From Minisyncoccota bacterium (lineage in GTDB: Bacteria > Patescibacteriota > Minisyncoccia > UBA6257 > JAGOQP01), in assembly GCA_041661795.1 (NCBI GenBank), contig JBAZTS010000002.1, positions 36,263 to 100,262 on the forward strand: DNA of 64,000 nucleotides, written 5' to 3'. The notes below the pieces were generated by a model that worked only from the letters and a program-made list of their open reading frames with translations, had not been told where the DNA came from and ran no database searches. This document shows, in pieces, positions 38,169 to 47,386 of the stretch. The number at the start of each line of letters is the position of its first letter. Position 1 is the first letter of the stretch. The position numbers were made by a program, and so were the translations under genes.

Positions 38169-39272
38169 CTATTTTAGATTCTCTATTATAGCTATCTCAA
38201 AGGGCACCAAGGGGAAAGGATTGTATTTCATTTGGGAGTAGGCGGTGATGAGCGCTTTTATAAGTTTTATCTGCTCGTCCGTATCTATTTTAGCCGAATG
38301 TTTTTTTATTTCTTTTATTTGGCTTTCGGCCAATTCCTTTTCAAATATCTTTTCCAGTTCCGGATTAAGATGTAAAGAAAGAACCCTTCTTAAATATTCT
38401 GTCAGATCTTTGTTAAATTGAAAAAGATTGTATCCCTGACTGTTTATTTCGTATAAAAATTCCAGCGACTTTTGTAAGTCCTTTTTTATGACCAAATCGG
38501 CCATTTTTATTGTTTTTAGAAAATCAACTTTTCCCAAGATGCTTTCCACGTATTCAACGGTAATATTCTTGCCCTTCATGGAAACAATCTGGTCAAAAAG
38601 AGATTCGGCATCTCTTAAACTTCCTTCAGCTAAAAAGGCAATCATTTCCAAAGCTTCTTTTTCGTATTCTACTTTTTCTTCTTTGGCGATAAATGAAAGT
38701 TTTTTTATAATCTCCTGTAGTGTCAGCTTTCTAAAATGAAATCTCTGGGTTCGGGAAACAATAGTGGGAGGGAGCTTGTCGTATTCGGTGGTGGCTAATA
38801 TAAAAACGGCATGGGCTGGCGGTTCTTCTAAAGTTTTTAAAAGAGCGTTAAATGCCTGTGGAGTGAGCATGTGAACTTCATCTATGATAAAGATTTTGTA
38901 TTTAAGATAAGAGGGGAGTGTTTTTATGTTTTCTTTGAGATTTCTTATTTCATCTATTCCTCGGTTGGAAGCGGCGTCAATTTCAACGACATCCAAAGCT
39001 CTGCCTTCTTCAACTTGTAAACAGGCGTGACATTCTCCACAGGGCTCTCCTTGCTTGGCAAAGTTTTCGTCCTCTTGTCTTTTCTGGCAGTTAATTATTT
39101 TGGAAAAGATTCTGGCGATAGTTGTTTTGCCGGTTCCTCTTGAACCGTAGAAAAGATAGGCATGAGAAATTTTACCTTCCTTAACTGAATTTTGAAGTAT
39201 GGTAACCGTATTTTCCTGACCGTAAATATCAGCAAGTTTTTTTGGTCGGTATTTTCTATAAATAGCTAACAT
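38169..39272 (-). CDS. dnaX: DNA polymerase III subunit gamma/tau (short form)
   Basis: GSRGTGKTT Walker A, Zn module CGECHAC, DEVHML box. Confidence 0.9.
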   Translation of the reverse strand: MLAIYRKYRPKKLADIYGQENTVTILQNSVKEGKISHAYLFYGSRGTGKTTIARIFSKIINCQKRQEDENFAKQGEPCGECHACLQVEEGRALDVVEIDAASNRGIDEIRNLKENIKTLPSYLKYKIFIIDEVHMLTPQAFNALLKTLEEPPAHAVFILATTEYDKLPPTIVSRTQRFHFRKLTLQEIIKKLSFIAKEEKVEYEKEALEMIAFLAEGSLRDAESLFDQIVSMKGKNITVEYVESILGKVDFLKTIKMADLVIKKDLQKSLEFLYEINSQGYNLFQFNKDLTEYLRRVLSLHLNPELEKIFEKELAESQIKEIKKHSAKIDTDEQIKLIKALITAYSQMKYNPFPLVPFEIAIIENLK

Positions 39273-39278
39273 ATCAAT

Positions 39279-39309
<31 letters not shown>

Positions 39310-39334
39310 TAAAGAGCTATGAAATAAAAAAAGC

Positions 39335-39900
39335 CCGCCGGTGTCTTCCGAGGAAGTCCTGGCGGGGTGGAACAGGTGGTGCGACCTTAGCTCACTCGGT
39401 GCTGTCGAGTTCGCTCGCCCGATATACTCTCCGGGTGATACGAGAGCTCGAATCTGCCGAGACGTGACGCGTGGTCACTTTTTGCTAAGGTTTTTTGGGG
39501 TGCTGCTCCTCTTCCTGTTCGGTACTTTCTAAGAACGGTTCCCACACCGTTCTCGCCGGCGAGCTTAGCTCGCGCAGGGTAGAGGCGCCTCCTAAAGGAG
39601 GCAAAACATGAGTACAAATTCGGAATTGGATTTTTGTGAGTTTCCGGACTCACTATCTCGTTTGGTGCACCTCCCGAGAAGTCCTTTTCCTTCCACTTAT
39701 TATTGGGCCAGTTTGAGATCAGCGGTGGACACTCAAACTGTTTGCGTGCTTTCACCGAGCTTGCCGGATTTACTCGGATCTTTGGTGAGATGGCGCAACC
39801 CCACAGTTTTGACCTCCCTCAGCTGCGCGCGCAACTGAGTTGTCAGCTCACCTAGTGACAGAGGCCCCCTTTTTGACCGTTTTTTCTTCTTGGTCCGGAA
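39335..39900. ncRNA. GC-rich structured non-coding locus (one or two ncRNAs; minus-strand terminator at 39335-39378); identity unresolved, SRP RNA candidate by position upstream of dnaX
   Basis: GC content far above flanks, no protein-like ORF, multiple stems (gtttgag..ctcaaac, ccgag..ctcgg), ccccgccagg...ccggcgggc + T7 on minus strand. Confidence 0.35.
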
Positions 39901-40020
39901 GGGTTTCCGTGCTACATTTTTATGCCTGTATTATACTCCTTTTGTTTTATTTGTCAAGTACCCATAATAAAGTTCTAAAAACCTTGGAATTTAGTGTTTT
40001 TGGCTATATAATTAATTAGT

Positions 40021-40737
40021 ATGTTTGAAATGAAGTCGGTTGAGTTCTCTGGGCCCCTGGACAAGCTTTTGGAACTTATTGAGGGGAAAAAAATGGATAT
40101 AACCAGAATCAGTTTAGCCGAAGTGACGGCTGATTTTTTGACATATCTTAAAGACCTAACGCAGGCAAATCAAGAAAATAAAAATGACTCTCTTTCAAGA
40201 ATAATAGCTGATTTTTTAGTGGTGGCTTCTCAATTGATTTTGATAAAATCTAAAGCTATACTGCCCGAGATAGAACTTTCTGAAGAGGAAGAGGAGAGCA
40301 TTCAAGATTTGGAGAAACGCTTGGAGCTTTACAATCAAATCAAACCGATGTTGGCTGTCTTAAAAAAATCGTGGAAAGAAAACAGTCCCTCTTTTTCAAG
40401 AGAAATGTTTTCTTCAATACAACCGGTTTTCTATCCTCCCTTAAAAATTTCAATAAATGACTTAAAACTTTCACTGCAGTCGCTGGTTGATTCGCTGGGA
40501 TCATTTATTCTGGAAACGGAAAAGATAGAAAGACAAATATTTACGCTGGAGGAAAAAGTGGCAGAACTTTCCCAAAGAATTACAGATGGGATTTCAAAGT
40601 TTTCCCAGGTTATTTCAAAGAAATCAAGACAGGAGGCGATTGTTATGTTTTTAGCCCTGCTTCACTTGTTAAGAGATCAGGTTCTAAGAGTCAAACAATC
40701 GGAAATTTTTAAAGAAATAGAATTAGAAAGAGTATAA
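40021..40737 (+). CDS. scpA: Segregation and condensation protein A
   Basis: LDKLLELIE..KMDIT.ISLAEVT..FL.YL; FLVVASQLILIKSKAILP. Confidence 0.8.
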   Translation: MFEMKSVEFSGPLDKLLELIEGKKMDITRISLAEVTADFLTYLKDLTQANQENKNDSLSRIIADFLVVASQLILIKSKAILPEIELSEEEEESIQDLEKRLELYNQIKPMLAVLKKSWKENSPSFSREMFSSIQPVFYPPLKISINDLKLSLQSLVDSLGSFILETEKIERQIFTLEEKVAELSQRITDGISKFSQVISKKSRQEAIVMFLALLHLLRDQVLRVKQSEIFKEIELERV

Positions 40738-40746
40738 AATAATTTC

Positions 40747-41325
40747 ATGGAAGAAAATAAACAAAATCAAAATAATGTGGCGGCTTTGGAGGCGGTAATG
40801 TTTTTATACGGGGAACCGATGGATTTGGAAAAATTGTCCAAGGTTATGAAAATTTCTACAGAGGAAGCCAAGACGGCTCTGGAGGAATTGAAAAATAATC
40901 TCTTGTCGGAAAATAGGGGACTTATCCTTATTGAAAAAGGAGGGTCTTTTGTCTTGGCCACTAAGCCGGAGTTTTCATCTTTTTTGGATAACTTTGTCAG
41001 AGAAAATTTAAAAGAGGATTTAACTCCCGCGTCCTTGGAAACTCTCTCTTTAATCGCTTATTTTTCTCCAATTTCCAGAGCTCAAATTGATTATATCAGA
41101 GGAGTCAATTCCAGCTTTATATTAAGAAACCTACTAATAAGAGGTCTTGTGGATAGAAAAATGAAAGGTAATATGTATCTTTACGAACCAAGTTTTGATT
41201 TCTTAAAACATCTTGGACTGGAGAACATTTCCCAGCTTCCAGAATTTGTTCGCTTCCAACAGATAAAAGATAATTATTTTTCTGCAGAATCAAGTAAATC
41301 CGAAAATCAACCAGCATTCATATGA
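40747..41325 (+). CDS. scpB: Segregation and condensation protein B
   Basis: ALEAVMFLYGEPMDLEKL; tandem wHTH ETLSLIAYFSPISRAQIDYIRGV. Confidence 0.8.
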   Translation: MEENKQNQNNVAALEAVMFLYGEPMDLEKLSKVMKISTEEAKTALEELKNNLLSENRGLILIEKGGSFVLATKPEFSSFLDNFVRENLKEDLTPASLETLSLIAYFSPISRAQIDYIRGVNSSFILRNLLIRGLVDRKMKGNMYLYEPSFDFLKHLGLENISQLPEFVRFQQIKDNYFSAESSKSENQPAFI

Positions 41326-42269
41326 AATTACAAGCTCTTATTTTAATATTTGTCATTGTGATTTCTTTTTATGTATTAAAGGAAGGATCGTCCATATCCC
41401 AAGGCAAATCCGAAATTGACCAGTCGGTCGGCATGGCTTCTTTGGGGGAAATTAATAATGGTGAACCAATAGTGGTAAAAGAAGAAATTACTGTTATCCC
41501 TGCCAACGCTGTTGTTGAGTCGCCTAAAATAGAAAAAGATGAAGAGCTTCCGATAAATTGCCGGTCGGTTAGTTCTAAAATTTTTGCCATAAAAGATTTG
41601 GATGATAATAAAGTTATTTTAGAAAAAAATCCTGATAACCATTGGCCGGTCGCTTCTATTACCAAGTTGATGACGGCCATAGTTGCTTTAGAAAATCTTA
41701 ATCTTTCCAGTGTCGTGGAAATAACTCAGGAAGCTATTTTGTCGGCTGACGGTTTTAGTACGCTGGCGATAAAAGAAAAGTATTCAGTTGAAGATTTATT
41801 GGAGGCCTCTTTGGTTTTTTCCAGTAACGACGCTTCTTATGCTTTAGCGCAGGGGTTAGGGCAAGATATATTTGTTCAAAAGATGAACGACAAAGCCAAA
41901 GAAATAGGTATGAGTCAAACATCTTTTGTTGAGCCGTCGGGACTCTCTTATCTTAATCAATCAACCGCCAATGATCTGGCTACACTACTATCATATATAT
42001 ACAGAAACCATCCTCTTATTTTAAATATGACCAGGCAGAAAACCGCTTCAATAAAAGAAAGAGTTTCTGGGAAAACAAAAAAGTTTTCCAATATAGATTT
42101 GTTTGCCGGACAATCCAACTTCTTTGGAGGAAAAACTGGGTTTATAGACCAGTCGGGAGGAAATTTGGTTACTTTATTTCAGAAAGGTGGTAAGATGTTT
42201 TTTGTAGGAGTTTTGGGAAGTCAGGACAGATTTGGAGAAGTGAGTAAATTATTAGAGTGTATTGAATAA
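41322..42269 (+). CDS. D-alanyl-D-alanine carboxypeptidase (S11, PBP5-like)
   Basis: ASITK (SxxK), SSNDAS (SxN), GKTGF (KTG). Confidence 0.75.
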   Translation: MKLQALILIFVIVISFYVLKEGSSISQGKSEIDQSVGMASLGEINNGEPIVVKEEITVIPANAVVESPKIEKDEELPINCRSVSSKIFAIKDLDDNKVILEKNPDNHWPVASITKLMTAIVALENLNLSSVVEITQEAILSADGFSTLAIKEKYSVEDLLEASLVFSSNDASYALAQGLGQDIFVQKMNDKAKEIGMSQTSFVEPSGLSYLNQSTANDLATLLSYIYRNHPLILNMTRQKTASIKERVSGKTKKFSNIDLFAGQSNFFGGKTGFIDQSGGNLVTLFQKGGKMFFVGVLGSQDRFGEVSKLLECIE

Positions 42270-42271
42270 TT

Positions 42272-43321
42272 ATGTTAAGTTCCCAGGTCATAAGAGTTTT
42301 AATGTTGATGGGCGTGTCGTTCGTAACGGCTTTGCTTTTAACACCCTTGGTAACCAAGTTTCTTTATCGTTACAAAATGGGAAAGCAAATCAGGCAAAGT
42401 GCCGAAACCCCCATATTTTCCGCTTTACATAAAAACAAAGAAGGAACGCCAACTATGGGCGGAATAATAATTTGGGCAACCGTTCTTGGTTTGTCTCTTA
42501 TCTTTTTTATTCTTAATCTTATTTTTGACGGATTTTGGGATTATTTTAATTTTGTTGACAGAGCGCAAACTTATCTTCCGATTGCAGCTATGTTGATTGC
42601 CGCTATCTTAGGACTAGTAGATGATTTGTTTGGAGTTTTTAAAAGAGGGCCTAATGGCGGGGGAATGTCTGCTAAAAGAAAGTTAATAATTTATCTTGTT
42701 ATATCTTTGATTGGTGCTTATTGGTTTTATTTCAAACTTAACTGGACGATTCTTCATATTCCTTTTTTAGGGAGCTTTGAAATTGACGGATGGTATATTC
42801 CCTTGTTTATATTTATTATTTTTGCCTCGGCTTTTTCGGCTAACGAAACTGATGGCTTAGACGGGCTTTTGGGCGGAGTTTCTCTTTTTTCATTTGGCTC
42901 GTTGGCGGTTGTCTCTTTTGCTTTGGGAAGATACGAGCTGGCGGCTTTTTCTACTGTAGTGGCTGGAGCCCTGTTGGCTTTCTTGTGGTTTAATATTTAT
43001 CCGGCCAAGTTTTTTATGGGGGACACTGGTTCTATGGCTCTTGGTATTACCATGGGAGTTATAGCTTTGCTCACCAATACCATTATATTCTTACCTTTAT
43101 TTGCTCCGATATTGGTTATTGAATCGCTGTCCGTAATAATTCAGATGATTTCTAAAAAACTTTTTAAAAAGAAAATATTTCTTTCCACTCCCATTCACCA
43201 TCACTTTGAGGCCTTGGGGTGGCATGAATCCAAAGTAACAATGAGATTTTGGATTATAACGGCCGTCTCCAACGGCCTGGGACTAGTCCTGTTTTTCCTT
43301 TCAAGAATCGTGTTGAGATAA
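42272..43321 (+). CDS. mraY: Phospho-N-acetylmuramoyl-pentapeptide transferase
   Basis: VDDLFGV, NETDGLDGL, GDTGSMALG; 10 TM. Confidence 0.9.
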   Translation: MLSSQVIRVLMLMGVSFVTALLLTPLVTKFLYRYKMGKQIRQSAETPIFSALHKNKEGTPTMGGIIIWATVLGLSLIFFILNLIFDGFWDYFNFVDRAQTYLPIAAMLIAAILGLVDDLFGVFKRGPNGGGMSAKRKLIIYLVISLIGAYWFYFKLNWTILHIPFLGSFEIDGWYIPLFIFIIFASAFSANETDGLDGLLGGVSLFSFGSLAVVSFALGRYELAAFSTVVAGALLAFLWFNIYPAKFFMGDTGSMALGITMGVIALLTNTIIFLPLFAPILVIESLSVIIQMISKKLFKKKIFLSTPIHHHFEALGWHESKVTMRFWIITAVSNGLGLVLFFLSRIVLR

Positions 43322-43324
43322 ATA

Positions 43325-43930
43325 TTAAAGAAATTCTTTTAGAACTTTAAAATCCTCTTTTAAAGTGTCTTTTGTTTTATTGTTGTAGATAGCAACTGCC
43401 GGGTGGTAGAGAGGAATAATAGTTATTAATCTTCCCGAAAGTGAATTTGTTTTAAAAACTTTCCCATGAAGTTGGCTTATCGGTCCAAGCTCGTTGTGGA
43501 GTCCCATCTTTTCCATTATATAAGCCATAGAAAATCTTCCCAAAGAAGCAATAACTTCTGGTTGAATAATTTCAATTTGTCTGTCTAAAAAAGGTCCATA
43601 TATTTTTATTTCTTCTGGTAACGGGTCTCTGTTTTGTGGGGGTCTGTCTTTAACGATGTTGGTTATGTAAACATTTTCTCTTTTAAGACCTATTGAATCG
43701 CAAAGCTCATCTAAAATCTTTCCTGCCGCTCCGCAAAATGGATGACCTGTTTTTGCTTCGTTTCTTCCTGGACCTTCTCCTACAAACATTATTTTGGCAT
43801 AGTGGCTCCCTTGCCCGATAACGGGAAAGTAATTATTGTCTACCCGATATTGGTAGAGAGGAGAGTCCTTTAAGTCAATTACCTCATCTCTTATCTTTTT
43901 TAATTCTTCATCTCTATTTGTGTCTTTCAT
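43325..43930 (-). CDS. Uracil-DNA glycosylase family 4
   Basis: MFVGEGPGRNEAKTGHPFCGAAGKIL motif A; HPA motif. Confidence 0.8.
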   Translation of the reverse strand: MKDTNRDEELKKIRDEVIDLKDSPLYQYRVDNNYFPVIGQGSHYAKIMFVGEGPGRNEAKTGHPFCGAAGKILDELCDSIGLKRENVYITNIVKDRPPQNRDPLPEEIKIYGPFLDRQIEIIQPEVIASLGRFSMAYIMEKMGLHNELGPISQLHGKVFKTNSLSGRLITIIPLYHPAVAIYNNKTKDTLKEDFKVLKEFL

Positions 43931-43992
43931 ATTTTGGACAAATGCTATTTTTTATGTAATTATACCAGAAAGAGTTCTTTTTCAAAATTTTT

Positions 43993-44721
43993 ATGTATAA
44001 AAGAAGTGATCCTTTCAAACAAGGAGAAGATTTCAAATTAAGCCGAAGCAAACTTGAAGCATTTACACAATGCCCAAGATGTTTTTATTTGGACAGACGT
44101 TTAAAAATTCCTCAGCCCTCAGGGCCGGCCTTTACTCTTAATTCGGCAGTTGATGCTCTTTTAAAGAAAGAATTTGATATTCACAGGGCTAAGGGTTCTA
44201 CCCACCCTCTTATGAAGGAGTATGGAATAAAAGCAATTCCTTTTTCCCATGAAAATATAAATATTTGGAGAGAGAATTTTAAAGGTGTGACTTTTTATCA
44301 CGAGCCCACTAAGTTAACAATTTCAGGGGCTATTGATGATATTTGGCAAGACGATTCTGGAAAACTTTTTATAGTTGATTATAAAGCCACCAGCACTACC
44401 GCTGAACTTTCTTTGGATACCGAATACCGTCAGGCCTATAAGAGACAAATGGAAATATATCAGTGGCTTTTTAGGAGAAACGGATTTGATATTTCTGATA
44501 TCGGATACTTTGTTTATGCCAACGGAAGAAAGGATAAGGAGGCCTTTGACGGCAAACTGGAATTTGACGTTCAAATCATTACTTATCATGGAAATGATTC
44601 ATGGGTGGAAAAAACGATAATTGATGCCAGAAAATGCCTTGATTCAGATGATCTTCCTCAAAGTTCTCCAACTTGCCAGTTTTGTGAATATAGGAAAAAG
44701 GCCGTCAAAGTAGAAGAATAA
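43993..44721 (+). CDS. PD-(D/E)XK nuclease, Cas4/RecB-like with putative Fe-S cysteines
   Basis: GAIDD...LFIVDYKAT nuclease core; CPRC near N-terminus and C...CQFC near C-terminus. Confidence 0.6.
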   Translation: MYKRSDPFKQGEDFKLSRSKLEAFTQCPRCFYLDRRLKIPQPSGPAFTLNSAVDALLKKEFDIHRAKGSTHPLMKEYGIKAIPFSHENINIWRENFKGVTFYHEPTKLTISGAIDDIWQDDSGKLFIVDYKATSTTAELSLDTEYRQAYKRQMEIYQWLFRRNGFDISDIGYFVYANGRKDKEAFDGKLEFDVQIITYHGNDSWVEKTIIDARKCLDSDDLPQSSPTCQFCEYRKKAVKVEE

Positions 44722-44730
44722 ATACATGAC

Positions 44731-45426
44731 ATGAAAGTGCATCGATTTTTTATTGACAAAGATCTGTCGGAATACAATCTAAATCTTTCCGATTCAAAAA
44801 TTATTAATCAAATAAAAAATGTTTTGAGATTGAAAATTGGAGAGGAAGTGTCTTTTTTTAATGGCCGAGATGAAGTTTTGGCAAAGATAAATTCATTGGA
44901 AAAAGATAAAATTCTTTTTTCGTGCAAGAAGATATCCATCAAAAAAGACAGAGGAATTATAGTTTCTTTGTACTGTTCCGTTGTCAAAAAGGACAAATTT
45001 GAATGGATTGTGGAAAAAGCATCCGAAGTGGGGATTTTTAAAATTATTCCTGTCATATCTTCCAGAACAATAAAAACATCTCTTAATCTAAAAAGATTGA
45101 ACGATATATCCAAAGAAGCGTCCGAGCAGTCAGGAAGGATAACCTTGCCTCTTATTAGCGATATAATGACTTTTAGCCAATCCATAGAAGATGCCAAATT
45201 CAATAAAATGAATGTTTTTTTAAACACCGATATTGATGATCGAAAAATTCCCAAAATCGGAGATGGAGAAAGTATTGGAATATTTGTAGGTCCAGAAGGC
45301 GGATGGACTCAAGAAGAATCTGATCTTGCCAAAAAGAATGGGTTTTTGGAAAAGTCCTTAGGGAATAATATTTTTAGAACCGAAACTGCTGCTATTGTTG
45401 CTTCCTATTTATTTGCCAATAGCTGA
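44731..45426 (+). CDS. rsmE: 16S rRNA (uracil1498-N3)-methyltransferase
   Basis: MKVHRFFID; PUA-like N-terminus; SPOUT fold GPEGGW. Confidence 0.75.
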   Translation: MKVHRFFIDKDLSEYNLNLSDSKIINQIKNVLRLKIGEEVSFFNGRDEVLAKINSLEKDKILFSCKKISIKKDRGIIVSLYCSVVKKDKFEWIVEKASEVGIFKIIPVISSRTIKTSLNLKRLNDISKEASEQSGRITLPLISDIMTFSQSIEDAKFNKMNVFLNTDIDDRKIPKIGDGESIGIFVGPEGGWTQEESDLAKKNGFLEKSLGNNIFRTETAAIVASYLFANS

Positions 45427-45448
45427 AGTTTTGTATTAGAATACAGAC

Positions 45449-45901
45449 ATGACAAGAAAAAAATACTTTATGTTGGCGGGCGTGGTGGTGGTTATTTTAG
45501 TAGGTGTTTTTCTGTTTTTAAATAAAGACGGAGGATTTACGGTTTTGGCTTCTTATAATAATCCGATTTATAAATATAGTTTAGGTATACCCAAAGAGTG
45601 GCAGGGAAAATATGAAATTCAAGAATCGTCAGATTTTAGGACGGCCTCTTTTATTTATTCCAACGACCAAAAAAAGAGTCCTATTATGACTTTGGTTATT
45701 TTTAATAAAAATGAATGGGATTTAATTCCGGATAAATCTGGGGCCGGGACAGAGCTTGGAACAAAAGATAATAATGTCTTTCTATATTTGGCTTATCCTA
45801 TTTCTCAAGGCAATCCTTATGAAGGCCAGGCAGGAAAAGAATTTTCTTCTTTTGTAAAACAAGCTAATTTGGTAGCTAAAACATTTAAATTTGCTGAGTA
45901 A
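45449..45901 (+). CDS. Hypothetical membrane-anchored/secreted protein
   Basis: N-terminal TM. Confidence 0.4.
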   Translation: MTRKKYFMLAGVVVVILVGVFLFLNKDGGFTVLASYNNPIYKYSLGIPKEWQGKYEIQESSDFRTASFIYSNDQKKSPIMTLVIFNKNEWDLIPDKSGAGTELGTKDNNVFLYLAYPISQGNPYEGQAGKEFSSFVKQANLVAKTFKFAE

Positions 45902-46328
45902 TTTTATGTGGCTTTTATACGCTTTTTTGGCATCTGTTTTCGCTGCTTTGGTGGCTGTTTTGGGAAAATTAGGCCTGAAAAATATAGACCCGATTTTGGC
46001 AACTACAGTCAGAGGGATAATTATGGCGATCTTTCTTTTTGTTGTAACTTTAGGTTTGAACAAAATAAATCTGACTAATATTAAATCAATTTCTACAAAA
46101 GATTGGGGGTTTATAGCTGCATCGGGAATAGCCGGAGCTTTGTCTTGGCTTTTCTATTTTGTGGCTCTTAAAAACGGCAGCGCTTCAAAAGTTTCGGCTA
46201 TTGACAGGACCAGTATAATTTTTGTCATTTTTTTGTCCGCCTTATTTTTAGGAGAAAGTTTTGGATGGAAAAGCGCTTTCGGGGCTTTGTTTATAGCTTT
46301 GGGAGCGATTCTTATTACTCTTAGATAA
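45891..46328 (+). CDS. EamA-like (DMT) 4-TM small transporter
   Basis: 4 TM, EamA-type pattern. Confidence 0.5.
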   Translation: MLSNFMWLLYAFLASVFAALVAVLGKLGLKNIDPILATTVRGIIMAIFLFVVTLGLNKINLTNIKSISTKDWGFIAASGIAGALSWLFYFVALKNGSASKVSAIDRTSIIFVIFLSALFLGESFGWKSAFGALFIALGAILITLR

Positions 46329-46331
46329 TTA

Positions 46332-46817
46332 TTATTTTATCTTCTGTATTGAAACATCATCTTCTTTTTGAATGGACAATTTGTCTATAGTTCCGGCATT
46401 TATTTCTAAGACCATATCAATTAATTGCTGAGGTAAAATTGTTATCGGATCTTCTCCGTTTTTTGGGTAATCAACATTTTTATCTACTCTCACCACTTTA
46501 TTGTTATTAATCCAGACAAAGTCCAGCGGGAATTTCATTTCTCTCATTGAAAATCCAACCGCCTGGCTTGTTCCAAAAATGAATAACATTCCTTTATCTT
46601 CTTCCATGAAAACTACTCCAGAAAGGCCTTGCGCTTTTTTATATGAAGAAGCCGAAACTTGAGCTTCTATTTCTTTTCCGTTGATTGATATTATGGCCGT
46701 GTTTTCGTCGTTCCATTCTATTTCTCCCTTTTGATAATAATTACTTACGATAAACCAAATCAAAAACAGCAAAGCAACGGAGATTATTATGATGAATAAA
46801 ATAGTAATCATTTTCAT
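46332..46817 (-). CDS. DUF192-family protein
   Basis: N-terminal TM; GMLFIF..., PLDFVWIN..KVV....NV.P typical of DUF192 (COG1430). Confidence 0.65.
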   Translation of the reverse strand: MKMITILFIIIISVALLFLIWFIVSNYYQKGEIEWNDENTAIISINGKEIEAQVSASSYKKAQGLSGVVFMEEDKGMLFIFGTSQAVGFSMREMKFPLDFVWINNNKVVRVDKNVDYPKNGEDPITILPQQLIDMVLEINAGTIDKLSIQKEDDVSIQKIK

Positions 46818-46834
46818 GGGTTTTATTATTTCGT

Positions 46835-46930
46835 TTCAGAAAAGGTTTTGGGGCACGGGTATTTTTCTGCTGAAAAATCCCTCAAGCTCAGCCCGTCGGC
46901 TTCCGCACGGTCCCAAAACCTTTTCTAAAA
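46835..46930 (-). repeat. ~95-nt conserved intergenic element (copy B, minus orientation), in 5' leader of DUF192 gene
   Basis: Reverse complement matches 18373-18450 with the GGGATTTTTCAGCAGAAAAATACCC hairpin core. Confidence 0.5.
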
Positions 46931-46955
46931 CTACAAATATGTTAAAATCATTATT

Positions 46956-47384
46956 ATGAAAAATTATCTATATATAGCAATTGTGTTGGTTTTAGTTATC
47001 GGGGGAATCGTATATAATTCTTATAATAAAAATAACATAAATAATATGAGTAATACACAAGAGGGACTTATTATTGAGGACTTGATAGTTGGCGGTGGAA
47101 AAGAGGCGCAGGTTAAAGATAGTGTGGTGGTGAATTATGTAGGCACTCTTACCGATGGAACTAAGTTTGATAGCTCTTATGATAGAGGTCAGCCATTTCC
47201 TTTTATACTGGGAGCGGGCGACGTCATAAAGGGTTGGGACAAGGGAGTTTTAGGGATGAAAGTCGGTGGTAAAAGAAAATTAACAATTTCTCCCGAACTG
47301 GCTTATGGCGACAGTGGAGCCGGGTCAATTATCCCTCCCAACGCCACCTTGATATTTGAAGTTGAGTTATTAAAAGTTGAATAG
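46956..47384 (+). CDS. FKBP-type peptidyl-prolyl cis-trans isomerase
   Basis: [51 protein letters not shown]. Confidence 0.85.
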   Translation: MKNYLYIAIVLVLVIGGIVYNSYNKNNINNMSNTQEGLIIEDLIVGGGKEAQVKDSVVVNYVGTLTDGTKFDSSYDRGQPFPFILGAGDVIKGWDKGVLGMKVGGKRKLTISPELAYGDSGAGSIIPPNATLIFEVELLKVE

Positions 47385-47386
47385 AA

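Noticed and set aside
39387-39755. 122-aa minus-strand ORF and flanking 63/76-aa ORFs
   Set aside because: They are Arg/Pro-rich, overlap on both strands, have no RBS and reflect GC-rich structured DNA, so they are most likely non-coding.
39335-39900. tmRNA (ssrA) in the GC-rich locus
   Set aside because: There is no tRNA-like T-arm (GGTTCGAATCC-type), no 3' CCA context and no tag-peptide reading frame ending in ALAA-stop on either strand.
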